Shown here in pieces: positions 34,012 to 46,420 of a DNA stretch of 64,000 nucleotides. This DNA comes from Narcine bancroftii (taxonomy: Eukaryota): NCBI RefSeq assembly GCF_036971445.1, contig NC_091479.1, forward strand, positions 7,254,001 to 7,318,000. Direction: 5' to 3'. Within the stretch, counting starts at the first letter, position 1. Each line of letters starts with the position of its first letter. A model generated the notes under the pieces. It was not told where the DNA came from, did not search any database, and saw only the letters and a list, made by a program, of their open reading frames with translations. The position numbers and the translations under genes are program-made.

Positions 34012-34911
34012 CATTACAGTATTCCCTCACATGTCGCCTTCCTTTTCTTTATGGTACCTTGAAGAAGGTCTCAGGCCTCAAATGTTGGTAATATAACTTT
34101 AGTTCCCATGGACGATGCAAGCCCGGCTGAGTTCCTCCATCATCTCTGAGTGCTTCTCCAAGAGTCAGAACAGAAACAAAGGGATGTAGGATCTGCAGAG
34201 TGGGTGGGGCCTCCCCTCCCAGAGGGAAACTCAAGGCAAGTCCGCTGAGCCGACATAACAGATAAAGGACTGAAGCAGACCAAGAAGTCAAGTCCCCTGA
34301 GTTCAGGACTAAGTCCGGTGGCTCAGTGTTCCCAGTCAGAGGGTGGATGGTGTTAAGGTGGGACTCGCTGTGATAGTGCAGGGTGTCGCAGACAGAGCCG
34401 GGAGTGGAATGAGGCATCGATGTGTTAAGCCTTGCTCGTTTCCGCCCCAGTTCTGACAAAGGGCGTTGGACCCTGAAACATTCACTCCATTTCTCATCCC
34501 AGAGATGGAGCCGGGGTCTTTCCAGAATTTTCTGGTTTTGTTTTAGATTTCCAGTGATGCTTGATTTTCAGCTTTTCTCATGAACTCGTGCCTATAACCG
34601 TTCTCTTGGGTGTAGTTTGCTGAGTTGATATTTATTCCTTGATCCTTATCACTGACTCGGTGCACTGAGGGGCACTGGGAACTTGATCACAATGTAGTTG
34701 GGGAAATGGTCCCAGATGTCGTTGGAAGGGATCATGTTTGGATCTTCTGACCACAGTTGGGGGTGGGTGGTGAGGGTATGTGGGAGGCAGCCCATTGCAA
34801 GGAGCATTACAGAGCACGGTCAGGAGAGGGTGCTACACAACACAATATTGGTGCACTCAGTGTTGAATTTGTTCATGTGCCCAGTGAAGGCAACCTTTGC
34901 TGGGAATTGGG

Positions 34912-34916
<5 letters not shown>

Positions 34917-34950
<34 letters not shown>
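34917..34950. repeat. (TG)n microsatellite
   Basis: About 17 uninterrupted TG units. Confidence 0.95.
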
Positions 34951-34951
<1 letters not shown>

Positions 34952-35694
34952 GGGGGGAGGTATATGGGGTGTGAGCTGAGATTGACTGGATTGTCTCAAG
35001 TCTTGTGATCAGCCCCTGTTACCCCCCCCCCCCTCCCACCACCACACTAATCCTGTGGCCATTCCTACCTGCCACATTTTCTCAATCCCGCCTTGCTTTG
35101 GCCTTCTGTGAGGCAGAGCCACGTGTGGCCCCTGAACCCTGGCGACCTTGCACAGGTTACTGCTGGAAAAAGGTCATTCTCAATATTTTTATACATAACT
35201 GATAAATGCAGAGCACTTAAAATATTTTCAAATGGTAAAATGTGTCCAAAATAGCAGAAAAGTTGAGTTAAAACTGCTGTTTCTTTAAAAGCACAAAGGA
35301 AGATGGCAGGGAAGACATTTAAGCAGAAGGGCAGACCTGACTTCCCTTTTCACTTAAAATAAGGGAAATCTGAGAACAGCTGCTTCTGAGAGCTAAGCTC
35401 TGCCAGAAATAAAACTGAGAAGTACAAATTCAACATAAAGAGCTGAGTAACTGATTGTGTTGTTAGGTTTAAAACCTATCAAAGTGTTGTAGCTGGGACA
35501 GCCTCTGGGCCATGAACAGAAGGGATCTCTTCTACTTTCCTGTCTCTGCCTCCAAAGGACCTACAATTGTCCTTCCGACGTGTCCATTGAAGCTTTTTAT
35601 TTCTGTTCCTCTGACTCTCTCTGATTTCACTCTCACACTCTCTGTGTCCATTTTTTTTACCAATTTCTCGACCCTCTAAGTCTGGTGAACCAAA

Positions 35695-37023
35695 GCCTTC
35701 GACACCGTGAGCAGGAAAGGGCTTTGGCAAATACTAGAGCGCATCGGATGTCCCCCAAAGTTCCTCAACATGATTATCCAACTGCACGAAAACCAACAAG
35801 GTCGGGTCAGATACAGCAATGAGCTCTCTGAACCCTTCTCCATTAACAAGGCTGTGTTCTCGCACCAACCCTCTTTTCAATCTTCTTCAGCATGATGCTG
35901 AAGCAAGCCATGAAAGACCCCAACAATGAAGACGCTGTTTACATCCGGTACCGCACGGATGGCAGTCTCTTCAATCTGAGGCGCCTGCAAGCTCACACCA
36001 AGACACAAGAGAAACTTGTCCGTGAACTACTCTTTGCAGATGACGCCGCTTTAGTTGCCCATTCAGAGCCAGCTCTTCAGCGCTTGACGTCCTGCTTTGC
36101 GGAAACTGCCAAAATGTTTGGCCTGGAAGTCAGCCTGAAGAAAACTGAGGTCCTCCATCAGCCAGCTCCCCACCATGACTACCAGCCCCCCCACATCTCC
36201 ATCGGGCACACAAAACTCAAAACGGTCAACCAGTTTACCTATCTCGGCTGCACCATTTCATCAGATGCAAGGATCGACAATGAGATTGACAACAGACTCG
36301 CCAAGGCAAATAGCGCCTTTGGAAGACTACACAAAAGAGTCTGGAAAAACAACCAACTGAAAAACCTCACAAAGATAAGCGTATACAGAGCCGTTGTCAT
36401 ACCCACACTCCTGTTCGGCTCCGAATCATGGGTCCTCTACCGGCACCACCTACGGCTCCTAGAACGCTTCCACCAGCGTTGTCTCCGCTCCATCCTCAAC
36501 ATCCATTGGAGCGCTCACACCCCTAACGTCGAGGTACTCGAGATGGCAGAGGTCGACAGCATCGAGTCCACGCTGCTGAAGATCCAGCTGCGCTGGATGG
36601 GTCACGTCTCCAGAATGGAGGACCATCGCCTTCCCAAGATCGTATTATATGGCGAGCTCTCCACTGGCCACCGTGACAGAGGTGCACCAAAGAAAAGGTA
36701 CAAGGACTGCCTAAAGAAATCTCTTGGTGCCTGCCACATTGACCACCGCCAGTGGGCTGATAACGCCTCAAACCGTGCATCTTGGCGCCTCACAGTTTGG
36801 CGGGCAGCAGCCTCCTTTGAAGAAGACCGCAGAGCCAACCTCACTGACAAAAGGCAAAGGAGGAAAAACCCAACACCCAACCCCAACCAACCAATTTTCC
36901 CTTGCAACCGCTGCAATCGTGTCTGCCTGTCCCGCATCGGACTGGTCAGCCACAAACGAGCCTGCAGCTGACGTGGACTTTTTACCCCCTCCATAAATCT
37001 TCGTCCGCGAAGCCAAGCCAAAG
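35695..37023 (+). mobile_element. RTE-clade LINE, 5'-truncated, with RT core and C-terminal zinc finger; perfect 17-bp TSD
   Basis: KAFDTVSR...LLFADDAAL...FTYLGC...LRWMGHVSRM...FPCNRCNRVCLSRIGLVSHKRAC; TSD aagtctggtgaaccaaa at 35678-35694 and 37024-37040. Confidence 0.95.
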
Positions 37024-37176
37024 AAGTCTGGTGAACCAAATATCAGGTACTGGAAAGGCAAGGAGTGACTAGGAAAAGTTAGCAAGGCTTTGACTATTGC
37101 AAATCATGTCTCTAAATTTATGGAGTTATTTTGAGGAGGTGACTAAGAGGATTGATCAGGGCAGAGCGGTAACTCA

Positions 37177-37830
37177 GAACCACAGAACATTACAGCACAG
37201 AACCAGGCCCTTTGTCCTTCTTGTCTGTGCCAAATAATTATTCTGCCCAGTCCCACTGACCTGCATCTGGTCCACAGCCCTCCATACCCCTCCCATTCAT
37301 GTACCTGTACAAATTTTTCTTCTGTTAAAATTGATCCCACATTCACCATTCCACACTCCCACACCTCTTTGTGTGAAGAAGTTCCCCCTCACGTTCCCCC
37401 TGAACTTTTCCCCTTTCACCCTTAATCCATATCCCTGGTTTGATTCTCACCGACCATCAGTGGAAAAAGCTTATCTACATTGTCTCTATCCAGACCCCTC
37501 ATAATTTTAAATACCTCTATCAAATCTCCCCTCATTCTTCTACGCTCCAGGGAATAAAGTCCTAACCTGTTTAACCTTTCCCTGTAACTGGGTCCCTGAA
37601 GTCTGGGCAACATTCCCAGTAAATCTTCTCTGAACTCTTTCAATCTTATTGATGTCTTGGTGTTTTGGTGACCAAAACTGCACACAATACTTCAAATTAG
37701 GCCTCACCAATGTCTTATACAACTTTACCATAACTCCTACACTCAGTAAATGTGAATTATGTCAAAAGATATGTGACCGTATCTACCTGTGATGCCACTT
37801 TCAGGGAATTATGTATCTGTATTCCCAGAT
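37177..37830 (-). mobile_element. CR1-type LINE 3' part
   Basis: [22 protein letters not shown]...IERVQRRFT; [24 protein letters not shown]. Confidence 0.88.
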
Positions 37831-38760
37831 CCTTAGTCATTGCCCAATGAAAATGCTCAGTCATTCAGGCTTGACAGCTGGAAGTAAACATGAAATTTTA
37901 GAACGAGTTTTAATGATCAATTAGGCAAGGGTGTTTATGGCTATGTGGAGAAGGTGATTTGTCATTCAACGTGTTCCCAGAAAGGGATTCTGATGCTCTT
38001 TGTATTGAACACATCAGAGTTGTCGACATGAAGGTTATTGCCAGGAGCTTTGTGCATTGGCCAAATGCTAATCAGAGTTGAAGGACAAGTGGCTGTGTTG
38101 GCTTTTCTCATTTCCCAATACTTACCAATGGATTAAAATCAAGCACATAGCTGCATGTCTGACAGCACAACGAACTCCTCAGGAGTTGGGGTGGATCTTA
38201 GCTGAGCTTGGACTTTGTGTTCTACAATGGAACGCTTTGTATGCATTTGACAGTTTTAAGTGGTGTTGAGGCATCTGTCCAATCCTGCTTCCAATGGACA
38301 GCAGAGAGGTGTGCGTGTGCATGTGGTGTCAGTGTGGGGGGTTTGCGTGTGTGTGGGTGTGAGAGAGAGAGTTCCATGAAGAGGCAGTGAAGCCTTGGAC
38401 ATCCAACTTGGTTAGCTTCCGCCAAATCTATACATTTGTCTATTTTATGTATGTTTGCCTGCAGCAAGCAGGAATTTCAATGCACCTGCACGTCGTACTT
38501 ATGGATATGACAACATCATCACTCCACCCTTATCCCAAACTCTCCATCTCCATCACTGCAAGTGACAGGGTTCGGGAACATAGGAACTACCTGCTGCAGG
38601 CTTCCCTCCAACAGCACACCATCTGGATTGAGAAGTACATCGCCATGCCTTCGTTGGAATCTGAGGTAAATCCCAGAACACGAGTGGCCCTAGTAAATGC
38701 AGGCCAGGCCTCTGATATATAGAGCTTGAACAACAGGCAAATAGTGAAATGTTTTCCAAG

Positions 38761-39288
38761 TGTAGAGCGCGTTGAAAGAACCAAAGACTTGTTGATCCAT
38801 CTTTTATTAACTAAAAGAATGGAGCGTATCACAAGTAGGTCGACCAGTCCAGAATGACCTGGTCTGGCTAGGAGCCATCCTTTAAGACCTGACAGTAGGT
38901 GTGGTCACACTCTCAGCCAATCACAGTCATCCTACATGACCATCTACATAGACACATTGGTGATATCCGAGGTTCCACTTGTTTGTGCAGAGATTATACA
39001 GACCTTTGTCAGCAGAGCCATTGCTGCGTCTCCTCACATGATACACAGCTCCTCCAAGCAAATGAAGTAGAAGATAGTTTGTGGTAAAGAAAGTCAGGTT
39101 AGTGGTGAGGTGTAATTCCACCACTAGGTCACCAGGGGTCACCCCAGTGACCTTGTCTATAAAGCAGCCCAGAACTACAGTCTAGCCTTCCAGGTTCATC
39201 TTGCAGAGAGACAAGACCTCTTAGTGTACATCTTAGTTTATTAAAGCTGTCTTATACTCGCACTGCTGGTGTGGTTATTGTCAGTACA
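38761..39288. mobile_element. Two short solo-LTR-like sequences (38761-38948 minus; 39080-39288 plus)
   Basis: tgtaga...tctaca inverted termini with reverse AATAAA; TG...TACA with tataaa and attaaa; no convincing TSDs. Confidence 0.4.
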
Positions 39289-39310
39289 AGGTTCATCTGA
39301 GAAACCCACT

Positions 39311-40984
39311 CTTTCTTTGGCTTGGCTTCGCGGACAAAGATTTATGGAGGGGTATGTCCACGTCTGCTGCAGGCTCGTTGGTGACTGACAAGTCCGATGC
39401 GGGACAGGCAGGCAAGGTTGCAGCGGTTGCAAGGGAAAATTGGTGGGTTGGGGTTGGGTGTTGGGTTTTTCCTCCTTTGTCTTTTGTCAATGAGGTGGGC
39501 TCTGCGGTCTTCTTCAAAGGAGATTACTGCCCGCCGAATTATGAGGCGCCAAGATGCACGGTTGGAGGCGAGATCAGCCCACTGGCGGTGGTCAATGTGG
39601 CAGGCACCAAGAGATTTCTTGAAGCAGTCCTTGTACCTCTTCTTTGGTGCACCTCTGTCTCACTGGCCAGTGGAGAGCTCACCACATAACACGATCTTGG
39701 GAAGGCAATGGTCCTCCATTCCGGAGACGTGACCCACCCAGCGCAGCTGGGTCTTCAGCAGTGTGGATCCAATGCTTGCGGACTCTGCCAGCTCGAGTAC
39801 TTCGATGTTGGTGATGAAGTCATTCCAATGAATGTTGAGGATGGAGCGGAGACAGCGCTGATGGAAGCATTCTAGGAGCTGTAGGTGATGCCGGTAGAGG
39901 ACCCATGATTCGGAGCCGAACAGGAGCGTGGGTATGACAATGGCTCTGTACACGCTGATCTTTGTGTGTTTCTTCAGGTGGTTGTTTTTCCAGACTCTTT
40001 TGTGTAGTCTTCCAAAGGCGCTATTTGCCTTGGCGAGTCTGTTGTCTATCTCGTTGTCAATCCTTGCATCAGATGAAATGGTGCAGCCAAGGTAGGTAAA
40101 CTGGTTGACCGTTTTGAGTTCTGTGTGCCCGATGGAGATGTGGGGTGGGGGCTGGTAGTCATGGTGGGGAGCTGGCTGATGGAGGACCTCGGTTTTCTTC
40201 AGACTGACTTCCAGGCCAAACATTTTGGCAGTTTTCGCAAAACAGGACGTCATGTGTTGGAGAGCTGGCTCTGAATGAGCAACTAAAGTGGCATCATCTG
40301 CAAAGAGTAGTTTACGGACAAGTTGCTCTTGTGTCTTGATGTGAGCTTTCAGGCACCTCAGAATGAAGAGACTGCCATCCGTGCAGTACTGAATGTAAAC
40401 AGCATCTTCATTGTTGAGGTCTTTCATGGCTTTTTTCAGCATCATGCTGAAGAAGATAGTAAAGAGGGTTGGTGCGAGGATGCAGCCTTGGTTCACGTCG
40501 TTGTCAATGGGGAAGGGTTCGGAGAGCTCATTGCTGTATCTGACCCGACCTTGTTGGTTTTCGTGCATGAGTTTTTCATGCTCTACTGGGACCAAGGAAA
40601 GCTGCCTCAGGACCTTCGTGATGCCATCATCATCACCCTGTACAAAAACAAAGGCGAGAAATCAGACTGCTCAAACTACAGGGGAATCACGCTGCTCTCC
40701 ATTGCAGGCAAAATCTTCGCTAGGATTCTCCTAAATAGAATAATACCTAGTGTCGCCGAGAATGTTCTCCCAGAATCATAGTGCGGCTTTCGCACAAACA
40801 GAGGAACTACTGACATGGTCTTTGCCCTCAGACAGCTCCAACAAAAGTGCAGAGAACAAAACAAAGGTCACCTTTGTTGACCTCACCAAAGCCTTCGACA
40901 CCGTGAGCAGGAAAGGGCTTTGGCAAATACTAGAGTGCCTCGGATGTCCCCCCTGTTCCTCAACATGATTATCCAACTGCACGA
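39311..40984 (-). mobile_element. RTE-clade LINE with inverted 5' segment (40568-40984 on + strand); 12-bp TSD
   Basis: Minus ORF HENQQGRV...LFADDA...LRWVGHV; plus ORF WDQGKLPQDLRDAIIITLYKNKGEKSDCSNYRGITLLS; TSD gagaaa[c/g]ccact at 39299-39310 and 40983-40994. Confidence 0.93.
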
Positions 40985-41244
40985 GAAAGCCACTGGACCA
41001 GTGAGCAAATACATTGGTCTCTTAATTGTGTTGTCCAAATCTGACATTCTGGGTTCAGATAAGAATGTTTTCTTGTGGATCCAACAGCACAGAGAGACAC
41101 ACACCAATGGATACCAAAGATAGATGTGGAATTTGTTAATTTCTGTGATCTGGAGATTGTTGGCAAGTCCTGCACTTGTTCCCTCTTCATGGTCCTTGAG
41201 AAAGTGGAGGTGAATTACAGTTCTTCCTGCAAAGGGCAATAGAA

Positions 41245-41830
41245 TCAAAGAGCAGGGATGTGATGTTGAGGCTTTATAAGGCACTGGAGAGACCTCACGC
41301 GATGTATTGTGTGCAGTTTTGGGCTTCTCATTTAAGATGTGTTGATGTGGGAGAGGGTTCAGAGGAGGTTCACAAGGACAATTCCAGGAATGAAAAGGTT
41401 ATCACATGAAGAGTATTTGACAGCTCTTGGCCTGTACTCATTGGAATTTAGGAAAATGAGGAGATATCTCATTGAAACATTTTGAATGTTGAAAGGTTTA
41501 GATAGAGTAGATGTGGAAAGGTTGTTTCACACGGTGGGAGAGTCCAGGACAAGAGGCCACAATGTCAGGATTGTCCACTTAGAACAGAGATGAACAGGAA
41601 TTTCTTCAACCAGAGGGTGGTAAATCTATGGAATTTGTTGCCGCAGGTGGTTGTGGAGGCCGGGTCATTGGGTGTATTTAAGGCAGAGATTGATCGGTTC
41701 TTGATTAGCCAGGGAATTGATGATTGTGGGGAGAAGGCTGGGCAGTGGAGCTGAGTGGGAAAATAGATCAGCTCATGACTGAATGGCGGGGCAGACCTGA
41801 TGGGCTGGATATCCTATGTCTGCTCCTATT
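41245..41830 (+). mobile_element. CR1-type LINE 3' part, decayed
   Basis: LRLYKALERPH..YCVQFW; gagagggttcagaggaggttcac; ttcttcaaccagagggtggtaaatctatggaa. Confidence 0.82.
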
Positions 41831-42569
41831 TCTGAAGGGCTCCTGGAATGCTATGGGAGAGGGAGTTCTGGATTCAGGCTTTAGCAATGGTGAAGGACCA
41901 GGAATATATTTCCAAGGCAGGAAGATGTGAGATCTGGAGATGAATCTGTGGCTGGTGGAGTTCCCATTTTCCTGCTGACCTTTGGGCAATAGAAGTGACT
42001 CTGACTGGTGAACAGATTCCATATCATCCTGTGTCCTGATGAATCTCCCTCTGACAGGAGATTACAAGTCAGGCCACTAAAAGCTGAGGTATTTTGTTGT
42101 GGGAGAGAAGTCGTCATGGAGATGAATGATCTATGGAAGATGCCAAACCAACTCAGGAAATGGAGTCTGTAATGAAGGTGTATCTGCAAAATGTGTTCAG
42201 ATGTTTTCTACAAAAAGGGAAAACATTGTGCATATACATTGGGACAAAGTTAAGTCAGGAGACAAACTGATCTCATCCTCTGTTTGATGTAAGCTCTGCA
42301 GGTAGAATTCCTGACCTGTGAGTCAACATGACAATGAGACTGAGATCTGCAAATGCCACAAGTGTTATCTGTCTTGCAGCCTGATGACTGAGCACGTAGC
42401 AAACTTGGTTGTGGAGTGGAAGTAATGTCAATTCAACAGTTTCTGTTTGTCTTGGAGATTTTGCACACTTAGCAAAAAAAGCACGAGCAGTGGTTGGTGC
42501 TGACCTGCACATTTTTCATTGATTTGTACAAGTTACTGGAATCTGGAGCAGAAACAAACAGCTGGAGGT

Positions 42570-43835
42570 ACCCGTCCCCCAGTGAGGATCAGTGTGTGGG
42601 ACCCATCCCCCATTGAGGGTCTGTGAGTGGAACCTGTTCCTCAGGGAGGGTTGGTGTGTGGGACCCATCCCCCAGTGAGGGTTAGTGTGTGTGGGACCTG
42701 TCCCTCAATGAAGGTCAATGTGTGTGACCCATCTCTCAGTGAGGGTTAGTGTGTGTGACCCATCTCCCAGTGAGGGTCAGTGTGTGGGGTCCGTCCCACA
42801 GTGAGGGTCTGTGTGTGGGACCCATCCCCCTAGTGAGGGTCTGTGTGCGGGACCTGTCCCCCCAGTGAGGGTCAGTGTGTGTGACCCATCTCCCAGTGAG
42901 GGTCAGTGTGTGTGGGACCCATCCTCCCAGTGAGGGTCTGTGTGTATGACCCATCTCCCATTGAGGGTCAGTGTGTGTGGGATCCGTCCCCCAGTGAGGG
43001 TCTGTGTGTGGGACCCATCCCCCTAGTGAGGGTCTGTGTGTGGGACCTGTCCCCCCAGTGAGGGTCAGTGTGTGTGACCCATCTCCCAGTGAGGGTCAGT
43101 GTGTGTGGGACCCATCCTCCCAGTGAGGGTCTGTGTCTGGGACCCATCCCCCATTGAGGGTCAGTGTGTGTGACCCATCCCCTAGTGAGGGTCAGTGTGT
43201 GGGACCCGTCCCTCAGTGAGGGTCAGTGTGTGGGACCCATCCCCCAGTGAGGGTCACTGTGTGGGACCCATCCCTCAGGGAGGGTCAGTGTGTGGGTCCC
43301 ATCCCCCAGTGAGGGTCAGTGTGTGGGACCCTTCCCCCAGTGAGGGTCAGTGTGTGGGACCCATCCCTCAGTGAGGGTAGTGTGTGGGACCCATCTCCCC
43401 AGTGAGGGTCTGTGTGTGAGACCCATCCCTCAGTGAGGGTCAGTGTGTGTGGGATCCATCCCCCCAGTGAGGGTCAGTGTGTGTGACCCATCCCCCAGTG
43501 AGGGTCAGTGTGTGTGGGACCCATCCCCCAGTGAGGGTCAGTGTGTGTGGCCCATCTCTCAGTGAGGGTCTGTGTGTGGGACCCGTCCCCCAGTGAGGGT
43601 CAGGGTGTGAAGGACCCATTTGCCACTGAGGGTCAATGTGTGGGACCCATCCCCCAGTGAGGGTCAGTGTGTGTGGGACCCATCCCCCAGTGAGGGTCAG
43701 TGTGTGTGGGTCCTGTCCCCCAGTGAGGGTCATTGTGAGTGGGACCCATTCCACCGTGAGGGACAGTGTGTGGGACCATCCCTCTGTGACCTGTTTGCCA
43801 GTGAGGGTCAGGGTAAAGGGACCCGTCCCCCAGTG
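42570..43835. repeat. Minisatellite, ~30-33-bp variable unit (cccagtgagggtcagtgtgtgtgggacccatcc), roughly 40 copies
   Basis: gtgagggtc recurs throughout, with variable internal (tg)n length. Confidence 0.95.
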
Positions 43836-44424
43836 GGTGTTGAATCACTCTTTATCCCAATGAGGATCTGTGAGCATGGACCGCAAGGCTTCTGGGAACC
43901 AACCTGGGGGAAATCCACCTTCACCTTTCAGACAAACCGACAGAATAAATTCCCGCTAAGGAAGGAAATTACATAACAATATTTTATTCGCTATTCTGTG
44001 AACACATCCTGACCACAGCGTATTTTCTCAAGAACTGATAGCATTTCCACAGCCTAGTGCTGACACGCAATCCAGTGATTGTACCTCCTGTGGGAGGCTG
44101 GTCCCTCAAATCTGTGCAGGGACCCAGCGCAAGAACACCTGTCCCACAGTGGAGAGTGCTGTTGCCACCTTGCTCTGGTGCCCTGGACTGCAACTGGTCT
44201 CTGCGTGACCTCAGTCCTTCCTCGCCCGGCATCCCCTCCACCCTTCACCTTTGGATCGATTCTGGACTCGCTTGTTTCTGCAGTTTGAGGTGTCTGTCTT
44301 TGGAAATTGAACCCATCAAATTGGTGTCTATGGAATGAGCACATTTCTGGGTGGTTGGCTCAATTTTGGTTTCTGTTCAAGTTTCTATAAGCATTCAGTC
44401 CTCAGATCTTTGAGACAAAGATCA

Positions 44425-44770
44425 CTTGGAGTGTTGTGGGCAGTTTTGGACCCCTCATTTAAGAAATGGTGTGCTGACATTGGTGTGGGTTCAGAGGAGG
44501 TTCACAAAGGTGATTCCAGGAATGAAAGGGTTATCATATGAGGACAGTTGGATACTTGTTGGAATTTAGAGGAATGAAGGGCTTGAGCCCTTAGATTTAC
44601 CTTAGATGTGGAAAGGTTGTTTTCCAGGTGGAAGAATCTAGGACAAGAGGGCATAACTTCAGGATTGAAGGGCGTCTGCTTAGAACAGAGGAATTTCTTA
44701 GTGAGGTGAATCTGTGGAATTTGTTGCTCCAGGTGGTTGTGGAGGTTGGGTCATTGGGTGTATTTAAGGA
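44425..44770 (+). mobile_element. CR1-type LINE fragment
   Basis: Similar to 41300-41690 (ggttcagaggaggttcac...tcattgggtgtatttaagg). Confidence 0.75.
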
Positions 44771-45087
44771 TGAGGTTAAGTAGCTTTACCTCTGAAATTT
44801 TCACGTAAAATTATCAACAAGTCAAATCATCAGATGACCATCTATCAAAAGTCACAGCACTTCCTGCTCCAGTCTCAAAGGTATCCTTGTGGTTATCCAC
44901 AAAGGTACAAGTACCTATAACTGTTTCACAAGGTGGAATTCCCTCTCAAATTCAACCCCTGTCCTCACTTTCACCTTTCCCTCCTCAGCTTCCACACTGA
45001 TTCCTGGTTGAACCGTTCAATTTGAAATGCGTGTGTGTAAATCCCAGAAGGTTCTGCTGCCTTCTCAGTTATCCCTGCAGATCCAAC

Positions 45088-45340
45088 TGTACCCGCAGGA
45101 AGATCACCGGAGGACAGACCACACCTGGCCGGCTGTCAATCAGCCCTGAATAGACCTAACTCCACCCACCCGGCTGTCTATCAACCGCCCAGGATAGAAT
45201 CCTGAGCTGGCCCCTCCCAAGCCAGTCACTCGGGAGCCACCAGCACAGCTACCACTGAGGCAGAGACTTTTAACTGAATAAAGCCCGTTGTACAGTCTTT
45301 CTCGTGTTTTGTGTCTGCTTCCTGCTGGAGCCGTGCATCA
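45088..45340 (+). mobile_element. Solo-LTR-like sequence
   Basis: TG...CA ends, internal direct repeat ccggctgtc.atca, AATAAA then GT-rich U5-like tract; flanks caac/caag. Confidence 0.4.
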
Positions 45341-45774
45341 CAAGCCATTAACCACAGACACCTCTGTTCCTGTTCCATTTCTGAATTACAATAGCTATTC
45401 CTTCTGCTACTTATTCCTGAACTCAAGATTTCTCTCTCTTTCTCCTTCAAAGTGACTTTAACCATGTTTTGGATCACCTGTGCTTGGTTCCAGTGAAGCT
45501 CCTGGTTTAGTAAAGTTTAAAGGCAAGATATAAATGTAATATGTTTTCAGTTTGTGAGAGATTCATTAATCCTTCCACACATCCAGGAGTGGGTCCTGCA
45601 GTTTCAGTTTATTTGATACCAGCGACCAGACTTTAGTAGGATGTGGAAAGAAGTTTCAGAGTGAGCTCAGGATGGTTCAGTTCACTGAGCAACTGCTTCA
45701 CAGCACCAATGATGCGGGTTCAATCCTCTCTCTGGTGTGGTCTCTGTGGCATTTGAATGCTCCTCCCGTGGATC

Positions 45775-46420
45775 ACAAACATTTGGGTTGCAGGTGTACC
45801 AGGTAATCAAGAAGGCAAGTGGAATGTTCTCCTTTATTGCCAGAGGGATTGAACGGCAGGTCAGGGAGGTTCTGCAGAAACTGTGCGGGGATGGGTGAAG
45901 TTACACCTGGAGTATTGTGTGCAGTTCTAGTCTCCTTACTTGAGAAAATATATATTTGCAAGGGGGTGGGGAAGTGTGGAGGGACTGTGATGTAGTGAAA
46001 ACACAGAGATGCTGGAGGAACTCAGCAGGCGGCTCAGGCCCGAAAGGTTGCTTCCTATTAGATGCCAAGCAACCTGCTGATTTACTGCAGCACTTTGAAG
46101 AATTGCTTTGGATTTAGAAGCAAGCAGAGGACGTTCATTGAGTTGATTCCAGAGATAAAGGGTTCAGATCATAAGGGAAGATTCAGAAAAATGAGAGGGG
46201 ATCTGTCGAAACATAAAATAATGAAAAGGATAGCTAAGAAAGAGGCAAGAAAGTTGTTTCCACTGGTAGGTGAAACTAGAGGACATAGCCTCAAAATTTT
46301 GGGGAGATGAGGAAGAAATGCTTCTCCCAGAGAGTAGATTTCTCTGCCGAAGGAAGCTGTATATTTATGACACAGTTGGATAGAATTTTGGATTCAGGAG
46401 AATTAATGGTTATGGGGGAA
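45775..46420 (+). mobile_element. CR1-type LINE fragments with a nested short palindromic repeat (~45995-46095)
   Basis: ctggagtattgtgtgcagttc; KMRGDL...[16 protein letters not shown]. Confidence 0.7.

Noticed and set aside
35892-36971. 359-aa RT ORF as a host gene or retron-like system
   Set aside because: It is a 5'-truncated RTE copy with TSD, an upstream frameshift and no endonuclease domain
42570-43835. CRISPR-like regular repeat array
   Set aside because: Units are contiguous with no unique spacers, there are no cas genes, and the context is vertebrate
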